From contig NC_008312.1 of the NCBI RefSeq assembly GCF_000014265.1, positions 6,840,001 to 6,872,000 of the forward strand: a stretch of DNA of 32,000 nucleotides, written 5' to 3'. The notes below the pieces were generated by a model. It made no database searches. It was not told where the DNA came from and worked only from the letters and a program-made list of their open reading frames with translations. Source of the stretch: Trichodesmium erythraeum IMS101. Its GTDB lineage: Bacteria > Cyanobacteriota > Cyanobacteriia > Cyanobacteriales > Microcoleaceae. Both the position numbers and the translations under genes were made by a program. Below are positions 9,681 to 19,544 of the stretch, piece after piece (the stretch's first letter is position 1; every line of letters starts with the position of its first letter).

Positions 9681-10010
9681 ATGATTGGTGGAGGAAACAT
9701 TAAAAGTATGGACATGGAAGCCCTGAGAGAACGTACGGGGCTTACCCGTGCTGAGGTAGCATATCGCCTGGGTATCAGCGAAACCAGTGTTCGTAACTGG
9801 GAGACGGGGCGTACAGAACCAACTATGACCCCCCAAAAATTTCTAGAAATTCTGGATATTTTAAAATGCAGTCCAGAAGAATTAGCTTTGGCCAGCGATA
9901 AATCTATTAGTCAACGTCACAAGCGTAAACCAGGTAGACCTAGAAAATTTATAGACAATAATGATGAACTAGATGAGGCCAAAACCACAGAATCGGCAAC
10001 TGGCCATTAA
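9681..10010 (+). CDS. XRE-family helix-turn-helix transcriptional regulator with C-terminal AT-hook-like motif
   Basis: LTRAEVAYRLGISETSVRNWETGRTEP is a classic Cro/C1 HTH. KRKPGRPRKF (9921-9950) matches the GRP-core AT-hook. The start could be the downstream ATG at 9708/9714. Confidence 0.75.
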   Translation: MIGGGNIKSMDMEALRERTGLTRAEVAYRLGISETSVRNWETGRTEPTMTPQKFLEILDILKCSPEELALASDKSISQRHKRKPGRPRKFIDNNDELDEAKTTESATGH

Positions 10011-10347
10011 TGAAGTACTCAATAATCAGTAGGATATTTTTTTTAGGGTTGACAAGAAGATTTTAACCTTTCCTAAACCATCTAGCGGTTGGAGTTACCG
10101 GAGATGTTAACCCCAAGCTACTAAAAGCTGTTAAGGTAGTTCCTAGGCATAAATTTAGCTACTTGTGGAGAATTCCTGTAGAGAAATACTAAAAGTTGAT
10201 AGCTAATTAATTAAAAATTGGCTGAGTAATATTTACTCTAGAAATAGGTTTTGAGCGCCGTAACAGGGAATGTAACAAAAGTGATGCCGGGGGTTTTTCA
10301 GACTGTTGGTCAAGCAAAAAAACTTACAAACTATTAAGGAGTTTTAG

Positions 10348-11202
10348 GTGAAAATTTTGAATAAGCTGGGTTTATTAAAAAAAACACCAGATGAGGCAAA
10401 ATTACCAGTAGATGATATTCCTGAAGCTGTAAGAGATGAAGAAGAAAGTGCCAAACACCAATCTTTTAAGCCTCAGAAAATCTGGCAAATTTGGCAATTA
10501 TTAGCAATGGGGGCGATCGCTCTCATAATTAGTATTAGTTGGCATTTCCAATTTAACAAAACTCTCAACACATCTCCTGTCGTCCAAATGAAACAAAAAA
10601 TCAGCACAAAAGCAGTTGAAACATCTCCAACTCAATTAGAAACACCTTCACCTTCGCCATCTTTCAATTCTTCCATTAAGCAGAGAGAAAATATCCTCGG
10701 ACACTTGCCCTACAAAGAAGCATCTTGGCAAGAATTAACACCAGTTTTTGGCAATCAAAATATTAGACTGCGTTCAATTGCAGCAGAAAAATTTGATCTT
10801 ATGGCAGATGTAGCTTGGTCTGCAAATATCGAGTTGGTTCCTCTCTCAGGGTTTAGAACTGTGGGAGATCAACAATATTTATTCTTTGAGGTGAAAGCAG
10901 AGCGGGGACAGGAAACATCTAAAAGAGCAGAAGTTAGTGCCCCTCCAGGTTACAGCGAACATCATACAGGTTACGCTATTGATATTGGTGATGCTAGAAT
11001 GCCAGAGACTCATCTCGAAGTTAGTTTTGAAAACACAAAAGCTTTCCAGTGGCTGCAAGAAAATGCTGAGAATTATGGTTTTGAGTTATCATTTCCCAAA
11101 GATAATCCTCAAGGTATTAGTTATGAACCTTGGCATTGGAGGTTTGTAGGAGATAGTCATAGTTTAAAGACTTTTGAGGAGGCGAGGTCACTCAAGGAGT
11201 GA
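10348..11202 (+). CDS. VanY-like D-alanyl-D-alanine carboxypeptidase (peptidase M15B), N-terminal membrane anchor
   Basis: GTG start preceded by AAGGAG (10336-10341). Zn-ligand motifs SEHHTGYAIDI and YEPWHWRF. One TM helix (WQLLAMGAIALIISISW). Confidence 0.85.
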   Translation: MKILNKLGLLKKTPDEAKLPVDDIPEAVRDEEESAKHQSFKPQKIWQIWQLLAMGAIALIISISWHFQFNKTLNTSPVVQMKQKISTKAVETSPTQLETPSPSPSFNSSIKQRENILGHLPYKEASWQELTPVFGNQNIRLRSIAAEKFDLMADVAWSANIELVPLSGFRTVGDQQYLFFEVKAERGQETSKRAEVSAPPGYSEHHTGYAIDIGDARMPETHLEVSFENTKAFQWLQENAENYGFELSFPKDNPQGISYEPWHWRFVGDSHSLKTFEEARSLKE

Positions 11203-11334
11203 GTAGCAAATAGAAAATTAAGATTATAGCTTTCAGCATTTAGTATTTAGCTAGCCTCTTGCAGAAAAACTGGGTATATCAGCTCAACTCAAAAATATTG
11301 CTTGTTAAGGACTTTAATAAAATTAAATTGAATT

Positions 11335-12024
11335 ATGAGACAAACTTCACTTAATATTATTGCTATTGGTATCTTTGTTATGACCATGTCTAGCTTACTT
11401 GGACCGATATTTAATATATCTCCATTTTATATCGCGATCGCTACTTTTTCTGTGCTAGTATTAGCAACTATAGATACCTTGGGATGGCAAGGTCAAGGAA
11501 GTATGATTCTTGTAGATTTAGTAGCAGGAACATCCTCCGAAAAACGCGATCGAATTATTTGTCATGAAGCTGGACATTTTTTAGTAGCTTATTTATTAGA
11601 AATTCCTATAAGTGGATATGCTCTGAATGCCTGGGAAGCATTTCGGCAAGGTCAGTCATCTCAGGGAGGAGTTAGATTTGATGACCAAAAATTAGCTGCT
11701 CAGTTATACAGTGGTGTAATTTCTTCTCAACTTGTAGACCGATATTGTACAGTCTGGATGGCTGGTATTGCTGCAGAAAACTTAGTTTATGGTAATGCTG
11801 AGGGTGGAGCAGAAGATAGAACTAAGATTACAGCAATTTTGAGACAATTAAAACGTCCTGGAGAGTCTAAACTTAAACAAAGTTGGGCATCTTTGCAAGC
11901 TCGTAATTTGTTAGAAAATCATCAGTCTGCCTATAAAGCTTTAGTGAAGGCCATGACAGAAAGATCGTCCGTTTCTGATTGTTATCAAACCATTAAGGAG
12001 CATCTTTCTGTAGATCAGGATTAA
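11335..12024 (+). CDS. Membrane protein with FtsH-type (M41-like) zinc-peptidase domain, no AAA module
   Basis: Two N-terminal TM segments. HEXXH motif in HEAGHFLVAYLL, and WMAGIAAENLVYGNAEGGAEDR resembles the FtsH protease-domain signature. Confidence 0.65.
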   Translation: MRQTSLNIIAIGIFVMTMSSLLGPIFNISPFYIAIATFSVLVLATIDTLGWQGQGSMILVDLVAGTSSEKRDRIICHEAGHFLVAYLLEIPISGYALNAWEAFRQGQSSQGGVRFDDQKLAAQLYSGVISSQLVDRYCTVWMAGIAAENLVYGNAEGGAEDRTKITAILRQLKRPGESKLKQSWASLQARNLLENHQSAYKALVKAMTERSSVSDCYQTIKEHLSVDQD

Positions 12025-12047
12025 TTTACTATTTCCCAGCTCAAGGA

Positions 12048-15000
12048 CTAGCAATTCATTTTTGTACTTAACTCTTTTTGAACTCTTTCCCATTCATTTT
12101 TGCTTTGTAAGAAAATTTTCGTAGCTTTTTCTAAATCAAAATCTTCTCTAGACTCAATCACAGCAAGAGCCATCTTCTCTAACTCTTCACATAGTTTAGA
12201 AAAATTAATTGCCCCCAATAAAGCACTGCTAGTCTTGAATTTCTGAGAAGCTGTCTTTAATGCATTAAAATTACCCTTGTTGATATAATTCCTAATCATA
12301 TTTATATTTTTATTCCCATCAGTAAGATAATCTTGTATCAAAATAATTGGGGTATCTGGTTCATCATAATAAAGATTGCAAAATTTTTCTATAATTTTAG
12401 GATCGACAGCCAGTTGTTGATCGTTTAATAAATCTAAACCTGGCATTGTAATTTCTTTAGTTTCTGGTACATCTTCTATATTGCTTGGTATAACAATAGG
12501 CAACGTACTTTTGAGTGATATTATTTCATCTGACTGAGAAGTTGACTCTACCTGAAAGTTAGTAAAACTCGGCTTCTGAATAACTGGTTGCCTAGAAGAG
12601 TTAGTTTTAACTAATGTTGACCTGATAACAGAAGAATGACTCCTAACTGCATTTTCTAAATCCGTTTTGGAGCCTAATTTTTGGTTTCGTATTCTCTTGA
12701 ATTTATTTAAAACTTCTACTAATTTTTCCTGATCAACTGGTTTAGTCATATAATCATCCATACCAGCATTTAGATACTTCTCGCGATCGCCCGACCTTGC
12801 ATTAGCTGTCATAGCAATTATCCAAGGGCGTTTTTCTTCAGAGTATCTTTGACATATTTGATTAGTTATTCCTATCCCATCTCCATTATTCATCTGCACA
12901 TCCATTAATACCACATCATAGGATATCCGCTTCAAAGCATCCAAAAATTCTACTTTGTTAGCAGCTACATCTGCAAGGTAACCAATTTTTTCTAGTAAGT
13001 GTATTACAACTTTTTGATTCACTACATTATTCTCTGCTAACAATATACGAATATTAGTATAATCCCTATTTTTTTCACTTAAATCTTGAAAATCTTCCAT
13101 ATCTAAACTAGGAACTTTGTCGTTTACCTCTTCTTCCTTTCTAGTTCCAAATACTTCCAATAAAACATTATAAAACTGAGACTGTTTGATAGGTATATTC
13201 AAAAATCCAGCTAGACTAACTTTTGCTTCCTGAAGTTCTCGGGAAATATCTACTGTATCAATATAATTCAACATTAGTAATGGTAAAAATGACTTATCAT
13301 TCTTATTTTGTTTTGAGTTTTGTTCAGCTTCCAACTTGCGAATCTTTCTAGCTAATGTCAACCCATCCATATCTGAAATATCCATAGCAATAATTCCAAG
13401 ATCAAAAACTTTTCCCTGTTCCAAGTCGCTTAAAGCTTTGGTAGCAGAATCAGCAACTATAGGTATCATTTCCCATTGCTTAACTTGCTGTTTAATTTCC
13501 TCTTGATTAATAATATTACTTTCTACAACCAATATTTTCTTACCTCTTAGTAAACCATCAACTATTTCCGGAGAATACATTGCAATTGCCTTAGCTTGAA
13601 TAGTAAAATAAAAGATTGAACCTCTGCCACTTAGTTCTGGTTTAACAAAGTAATGCGGTGGATTTCCGGCAATATTTACTTTAGATTCAGGAGAACTAGA
13701 ATTATAAACATTTATTGGATTTTTTGGGAAATTAATGTCCCTACTATCCTCAATTTTTAAGAGAGATATTTGTTTTTTTTCCTCTGACAAATTCTTAATT
13801 TCTAATGGCTGAGAAACTACCCACATTTGACCACCCATCATTTGACTCAATCTTTGACTAATAACTAATCCTAAACCTAAACCATCATATTCTCTATTCG
13901 TGGCAGGAGACACTTGAGAAAAATCTTTAAATAAGTGATCTATTTGGTCTAGAGGAATACCAGCACCTGTATCCTTAACAGCAAATTGTATTTCATAGTT
14001 ATCTGTGATTTTGCCAGCCCCTTTAAAATCAGATATTTCCTCATAACTTATTGCTTCTAATTGACTATATTCCTGACTTTTTTCCGATTTTTTTATAGCA
14101 CTAATATAAACAACTATTTCTCCTGTTTTTGTGAAATTAATACTATTTTTTAGTAAATTAAACAATATATTAACCAGTTTTTTATCATCTGTTAAAATTA
14201 TTCTAGGCACATTTTTATCAATTAAATAAGCAAGTTCTAATTTTTTATTTTTTGCTATTATATCTAATGATTTTAGCAGATCTTCAACACAGCCTCTAAT
14301 ATCCAAAGGACTTAGTTCTAATTCTACTTCCCCAGATTTAATTTTAGTAAAGTCAAGAATATTATTAATCATATTTATTACTACATCTCCCCTGGCGAGA
14401 ATAGTCTTCACAAAATCTCTTTGTTTAGGATTTAATTTCATACTTAATAACAAACTTGTCATCATCATTACATCATTCATATTGGTCTGAGATTTGTGAC
14501 TCATCATTGCTAATAATTCCCCTTGAGCACGGTTCCTTACTTCTGCTACTTCTCGTGCTTTTTCTAAGGCTTGATTTTCAGCCTCTAATTCTTCTTTATG
14601 GGTAACTTCTGACTCTAATATTTGTGCTTTAGCTAATGTTAATCCTACCTGAAATGCCACCTCTTCTAATAAACTTATTTCATCCTGTTTCCACTGACGT
14701 ATATAATCACATTGATGTAAATGAATAATACCATTTGGTTTTCCTTGATAGGAGGTACGAATTGCCAATATTGATCTAACTTTTAGTTTCTGGTACATCG
14801 GTACATCTGAATTTAACAGAGGATCTGAAAATACATCTGGAGAGGCGATCGCTCTGTCTTCTCCTAATAATTTTTCTGTATAATAATTAGAAGTAATAAT
14901 CAGATCTAAACCCAATATTGATTCATGGTTTGTTTCCAAATACTCAGCCATACAAGGTAGATGTAAATCAGGTTCAGTAACATAACTATGAATTAAACAA

Positions 15001-17684
15001 CGGCTCACTTTAAATGCTCGTCCAATTTGAGTAACAGTAGTCTGAAAAATTTCTTTAGTATCTAACTTCGAGCAAATTTCTTGGGTAATTTGTTTAAGTA
15101 ATAAAAAGTGCTGATATTTATTTTCTAAAGCTTTTCTCTCATCTTCTCGCAACAACTCACCACCAATATAATTTGCCATTAGTTTTAAAACTTCTATATC
15201 TATAGAACTCCACTTATTCTTAGTAAGACGACTGGAAAAACTAAGAGTACCATAAACTATTCCTGATGCCAAAATTTTAGTGCCAATATAAGACTCGACA
15301 TGACGCACTGTGTGAGCAGGATGATGTCGCCATTGTGAGTTTTTCGCTGATTCAATAACGAAGGGTTCATCGTATTGTAATGCTTCCTGGTCAAATGTTT
15401 GTTCCAGGGTAAAAATGTCTCCTTCAGCTATTCCAAATAGAAAATTTTCTGGTAGATGAGCTGCAATAACTTTATAAAGTTCTCCTAAAACTTGCCCTAA
15501 TAAACCTATATCCATCCCAAAACGATGGCATCCCATTTCCAGTAATGCCACTATTTTGCTTTCAAAGGAAATATCTGCATTTGTAGTCACTTCATACAAT
15601 TCTTTGATTGCTTTTTGACTAGCTTGTAATTGTTGTTGGGTGGCAATATCCTCAGAAATATTACTTAGAGTACTTACTATACCAGTAACCTTGTTTTCCC
15701 TATCAAATACCAATGTACTCTTCATTTTTACTGGACAATAGCCTCCCGTTTTGGTTAACAACTGTAATTGATAGGAATCTGCAACTAATTTATTATGAAT
15801 AATAGCTAACTCTGTATTTTCTGGATGATTTTTTGTAAGAAAATTTAACTTATTTATATCTTCTGGATGAATATAGTCTAAAAAATTTTTTCCCAAGCTA
15901 TTTTTAGGTTTAAAACCAGTGATTTTTTCCCATGCTTGATTTAAAAAAATTAAGTTGCCGTGAATATCAGTTTCCCAAACTATTTCCGACAAATTATTAA
16001 TTATTTGGATATGCTTTTCTACTAGAAAACTTTGTTTTATTTCTGCCTCTTTTTCCTTAGTAATATCAACAAAAATTCCTACCATTCTCACTGGTTTTCC
16101 TGATTTCCATAAAGTTTGTCCACTATCAAAAATCCAGATGAAATTATTGTCTTTACCTTGAATCCGATATTTGATTTTATAAATAGTATTTTTTTTAGTT
16201 AAGTGTTCTTGAATAGCAGTATTAACTTTATCCCTATCCTCTGGGTGAATTCGACTTAACCATTCATCAAAACTAATTTTATGGGAAATTTCATGTTCTG
16301 TATAACCTAACATTTTTTCCCCCAAAGTCGAGTAGAAAATTTCGCCAGTTTCGATGTTCCAATCCCAGATTCCATCTTGATCTAATTTTAGAGTTATGCC
16401 TGTAGTTTCTGGCGCTGCTAGTTGGCTTTTTTCTAAATTGTTCTGTTCAATGGTGTATTGCTTAAGTTTTTTATTAGCTTGATGTAATTTTAAATATGTT
16501 TTTTCTACATAACTATAAAAGCGAATTAATGATTGATATAATGACTTATTTAGAAGTATTTGCCGAATAACTTTTGTAGGACTAATAAAATAATCAATTT
16601 TACCTATATAATTTTGCACAATTAGGGGCAATAAGCAATATTTTTTGTTGATCAAATCTACAGCTAATTCTAGGGTAACATCAGAACCTATTACTATTGG
16701 TGATTTATTACAAACTATCCCCGCTTTAACTTTATTAAAATCTATTTTTAATGCCTGTAGTTGTACTATATCTCTACTACTAATTGTACCTATAATTTTG
16801 ATTGATTTTTGAGAATTTGAACTTTCTTGATTGAGATAAATATCAGTCTCATTTTGATATTTTTTTTCTGTGGCTTCAATAATCAAAACATAACTCACAT
16901 TATGGGTAGACATCAGTTGGGTAATTTGTTTGATTGACAAAGAAAACGAACCTTGAATAACTTGAGATTCATGGGTTTTTTCTAGGTGATTAATTGGGAT
17001 AAAGTTGCCTGGTAACTCTAAAGATGAGTCGAAGGTTATTTCTTGAGGTAATAGTTGATTATTTGGATTTTTTAGTAAATTATTCTCAGATTTTAAACCT
17101 TTATTTACAGTATTATTTTGATTAGCAGATAACTTTTGTTGACTCTTAATTTTCTTTCTTGAGAGGATTGATTTTTCACCCTTTTTTTTGATATTGTTCA
17201 GATTTAAAAGAAAACTGTGACCAGTAATTAGACCTATAAGTCTCTCTAAGTTATCAACAATTGGTAGATGGTTGATTTTATGTTTTTCAAATAGTGCGAA
17301 CAGAGCAAAGATATCTGGAATTTCTGATAGTTGTGCTGTTACTATAGATCTAATCATAATTTGAGCAATTGGAAACCCACTTAGAGGAGCTCCAATAGAG
17401 GCTAATTGCACTAAGTCTCCCTCAGTAAATATACCAATAACTGGCCCTAAATATTGTAGCTTTGCATCTGGAGAATTGGAATGATGATTTCCCTTTGGGG
17501 ATCCAGGACTGCGATCGCCTGGAGTCACTATTTTTATAGAAGTAGAAAAAGATGGTTTTTCTGTAATTAGTACACAACTTGAACCTGTACTACTCATGGA
17601 AATAATTATATCTTCTACAGCAGTTTCTGCCGTAGCAGTAAGGGGATGGTAATTAATAACCTGACTGATAGAGGGAATAAGCAT
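12048..17684 (-). CDS. Multi-sensor hybrid histidine kinase (CBS x4 - PAS x2 - GAF x2 - HisKA - HATPase_c - REC - REC - Hpt-like)
   Basis: 1878 aa. CBS-like pairs at the N-terminus (..GIFTEGDLVQ.., ..INHLPIVDNLERLIGLIT..). PAS (DGIWDWNIETGEIFYS; IVWETDIHGNLIFLNQAWEKITGF). Two GAF-like blocks. H-box ..LAMMSHKSQTNMN... N box LLKNSINFT, G1 DTGAGIP, G2 GLGLGLVIS. Two receivers (..IIAMDISDMDG.., ..VVLMDVQMNNGDG..IIAMTANA..YMTKP). C-terminal Hpt-like helix bundle. Confidence 0.9.
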   Translation of the reverse strand: MLIPSISQVINYHPLTATAETAVEDIIISMSSTGSSCVLITEKPSFSTSIKIVTPGDRSPGSPKGNHHSNSPDAKLQYLGPVIGIFTEGDLVQLASIGAPLSGFPIAQIMIRSIVTAQLSEIPDIFALFALFEKHKINHLPIVDNLERLIGLITGHSFLLNLNNIKKKGEKSILSRKKIKSQQKLSANQNNTVNKGLKSENNLLKNPNNQLLPQEITFDSSLELPGNFIPINHLEKTHESQVIQGSFSLSIKQITQLMSTHNVSYVLIIEATEKKYQNETDIYLNQESSNSQKSIKIIGTISSRDIVQLQALKIDFNKVKAGIVCNKSPIVIGSDVTLELAVDLINKKYCLLPLIVQNYIGKIDYFISPTKVIRQILLNKSLYQSLIRFYSYVEKTYLKLHQANKKLKQYTIEQNNLEKSQLAAPETTGITLKLDQDGIWDWNIETGEIFYSTLGEKMLGYTEHEISHKISFDEWLSRIHPEDRDKVNTAIQEHLTKKNTIYKIKYRIQGKDNNFIWIFDSGQTLWKSGKPVRMVGIFVDITKEKEAEIKQSFLVEKHIQIINNLSEIVWETDIHGNLIFLNQAWEKITGFKPKNSLGKNFLDYIHPEDINKLNFLTKNHPENTELAIIHNKLVADSYQLQLLTKTGGYCPVKMKSTLVFDRENKVTGIVSTLSNISEDIATQQQLQASQKAIKELYEVTTNADISFESKIVALLEMGCHRFGMDIGLLGQVLGELYKVIAAHLPENFLFGIAEGDIFTLEQTFDQEALQYDEPFVIESAKNSQWRHHPAHTVRHVESYIGTKILASGIVYGTLSFSSRLTKNKWSSIDIEVLKLMANYIGGELLREDERKALENKYQHFLLLKQITQEICSKLDTKEIFQTTVTQIGRAFKVSRCLIHSYVTEPDLHLPCMAEYLETNHESILGLDLIITSNYYTEKLLGEDRAIASPDVFSDPLLNSDVPMYQKLKVRSILAIRTSYQGKPNGIIHLHQCDYIRQWKQDEISLLEEVAFQVGLTLAKAQILESEVTHKEELEAENQALEKAREVAEVRNRAQGELLAMMSHKSQTNMNDVMMMTSLLLSMKLNPKQRDFVKTILARGDVVINMINNILDFTKIKSGEVELELSPLDIRGCVEDLLKSLDIIAKNKKLELAYLIDKNVPRIILTDDKKLVNILFNLLKNSINFTKTGEIVVYISAIKKSEKSQEYSQLEAISYEEISDFKGAGKITDNYEIQFAVKDTGAGIPLDQIDHLFKDFSQVSPATNREYDGLGLGLVISQRLSQMMGGQMWVVSQPLEIKNLSEEKKQISLLKIEDSRDINFPKNPINVYNSSSPESKVNIAGNPPHYFVKPELSGRGSIFYFTIQAKAIAMYSPEIVDGLLRGKKILVVESNIINQEEIKQQVKQWEMIPIVADSATKALSDLEQGKVFDLGIIAMDISDMDGLTLARKIRKLEAEQNSKQNKNDKSFLPLLMLNYIDTVDISRELQEAKVSLAGFLNIPIKQSQFYNVLLEVFGTRKEEEVNDKVPSLDMEDFQDLSEKNRDYTNIRILLAENNVVNQKVVIHLLEKIGYLADVAANKVEFLDALKRISYDVVLMDVQMNNGDGIGITNQICQRYSEEKRPWIIAMTANARSGDREKYLNAGMDDYMTKPVDQEKLVEVLNKFKRIRNQKLGSKTDLENAVRSHSSVIRSTLVKTNSSRQPVIQKPSFTNFQVESTSQSDEIISLKSTLPIVIPSNIEDVPETKEITMPGLDLLNDQQLAVDPKIIEKFCNLYYDEPDTPIILIQDYLTDGNKNINMIRNYINKGNFNALKTASQKFKTSSALLGAINFSKLCEELEKMALAVIESREDFDLEKATKIFLQSKNEWERVQKELSTKMNC

Positions 17685-18242
17685 TTTGCAGTTACTCTGG
17701 TTATTTTGCTAAAAATTGTTAATGTGGGTTTATGTCCCGAAATAATGCTATTTTTGAGGTTTTCTTTACTGGGATTCTATAATTCTTAGGTCATACCCAT
17801 ACCTACTTTGGCGGTTTCCTAATTAATGTTAATTCCTACCTTTTGCGACTAATTATTTTAATTAAGAACGTAATTGTTAATTAACAACTTATCTAAAATT
17901 AATAATAAGATTTTTTAGACTATTTTATGTCGTCTGTACTCAATGATTTAATTTTCTATTAGACTCTCAGACTCGTCACTATCTCAGTTATCGTTTAAAC
18001 TTCTGGGCACGGAACTTCTTTTTTATATCGCGTAGAGAAACAGTACCTTAGATTGAAGCTAGAGGCTTAAGACCTAATTTTTTGGTCAAAGTCAGTATTG
18101 AAAATATCCTGAAACTTTATATATTAGTCTTAGCATTATTAATAAATGTTAATATTCACTCACCTATTACATATTATTTGCCATAAATATAGTTAATATA
18201 TTTTTTATAGCATATTAAAGTTTAGTATAGCAATCCTAAATA

Positions 18243-18268
18243 TAAGTTTAAAATCTAAGTTTAAAATC
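18243..18268. repeat. Perfect 13-bp tandem duplication TAAGTTTAAAATC x2
   Basis: 18243-18255 is identical to 18256-18268, about 190 bp upstream of exbB. Confidence 0.95.
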
Positions 18269-18459
18269 ACTGAACTTATTAAAAAATAGTTCCAACTCCA
18301 ATTCCTTCACCTAAAGTGTTTCCTACTTCCTGCATTAAAGCAGCCTAAACCTTTCACTTTTTAGATATCATTGCTATAAGTTTCTCAAAACTTAAATAAG
18401 AAGCAAACAGACAAGTATCAAGTAAATAATGAGTAAAAAACTGTTGGAGTAAATATACC

Positions 18460-19245
18460 GTGACTTTTGAAGAGCTGATTCAGAAGGGAGGCCCCGCTAT
18501 GTGGCCTTTGTTAGTTTTATCAATCTTGTCCCTTAGTACCATAATTGATCGCATCTGGTTCTGGACAAGTCTATTAATTAAGGAAAAACAAACGGTTAAT
18601 AGGGTATTAGAGTCGGCACGCCGTGACTGGAGCATAGCAACAGAAATGGCAAGACGTAACCAGAAACAACCTATAGGTCGTTTTTTATACGCACCTTTAC
18701 GACTACAACATCCAGAACCGGAAGTATTTAAGTTGGCACTGGAGGCTGCTGCTGATGATGAGTTGGCCTCAATGCGAAAGGGAGATAAGTTACTTGAAGG
18801 AGTAATTGCTTTGGCTCCTATGTTAGGCTTACTGGGTACTGTTTTAGGTCTTATTGGTTCCCTAGGATCAATTCGTCTAGGTGATCTGGGTACTTCTTCC
18901 ACTGCTGGGGTAACAGTAGGTATTGGTGAAGCTTTAATTAGTACAGCTACTGGTTTGGTAGTAGCTATTTTTAGTCTGGTATTTTATCGATTATTTCAAA
19001 GTTTATTGTTTAATCAAATGAAGGTTTTTCGGAAGGCTGGCAATGAGTTGGAGTTGCTCTACCGACAATATTGGCAACAGGTATTTTTAAGTAGTTCATC
19101 AGAAAATCAAAATCCTGGTTTTTCTACTTCATTTATTCAGAATACTCAGAATAATATAAATACTTTAGAACCAGATCAAAAACCCACAGATTTTTTATCT
19201 GAAAATGATCCTGAACAATCTCAAGATAATTCTCATGATCAATGA
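18460..19245 (+). CDS. exbB: MotA/TolQ/ExbB-family proton channel protein
   Basis: GTG start. ..[22 protein letters not shown].. N-terminus, and the conserved ..[17 protein letters not shown].. / ..[17 protein letters not shown].. TM2/TM3 signature. Has a Ser/Asn/Gln-rich C-terminal tail. Confidence 0.85.
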   Translation: MTFEELIQKGGPAMWPLLVLSILSLSTIIDRIWFWTSLLIKEKQTVNRVLESARRDWSIATEMARRNQKQPIGRFLYAPLRLQHPEPEVFKLALEAAADDELASMRKGDKLLEGVIALAPMLGLLGTVLGLIGSLGSIRLGDLGTSSTAGVTVGIGEALISTATGLVVAIFSLVFYRLFQSLLFNQMKVFRKAGNELELLYRQYWQQVFLSSSSENQNPGFSTSFIQNTQNNINTLEPDQKPTDFLSENDPEQSQDNSHDQ

Positions 19246-19381
19246 TTCAAAAGTTAGCAAATACTAAAAAAAAACTTATTGATTCATTAAAGCAAAATCA
19301 TCTTTAATTTTCTTTTATCAATTATTATATCAAGTCTCATTTATTAGCAATAATAAACATACTTTTGTCACATCAATTGCT

Positions 19382-19398
19382 CCTAATTCCTAATTCCT
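19382..19398. repeat. STRR-type heptamer repeat TCCTAAT x2.4
   Basis: tcctaat tcctaat tcc in the exbB-exbD spacer. Confidence 0.8.
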
Positions 19399-19498
19399 TT
19401 TTTACTACAGTCGGTATTTAAACAGATTTACACTTTCAAGGTTTGGGAAAAAAATGCTTAATTTAGTATTTCAATGAGAATGCTGAGTAGCAGAAGTA

Positions 19499-19533
19499 CT
19501 GATAACTAATAACTGATAACTGATAACTGAAAT
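19499..19533. repeat. Heptamer tandem repeat CTGATAA x5 (3 perfect)
   Basis: ctgataa ctaataa ctgataa ctgataa ctgaaat, ending 12 bp upstream of the exbD ORF start. Confidence 0.9.
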
Positions 19534-19544
19534 GACTGCTATGG

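Noticed and set aside
18100-18459. Possible Fur box in the AT-rich exbB upstream region (for example attattaataaatgttaatatt).
   Set aside because: In DNA this AT-rich, loose Fur-box-like strings are everywhere, and I could not find a convincing 19-bp palindromic match.
18480-18902. 140-aa minus-strand ORF antisense to exbB. Similar shadows lie at 19894..20112 in exbD, 10937..11149 in the VanY-like gene, 21880..22092 and 25289..25525 in the module genes, and 49..252 and 2031..2318 in the TPR/GT gene.
   Set aside because: All lie within better-supported genes on the other strand or frame and carry no motifs.
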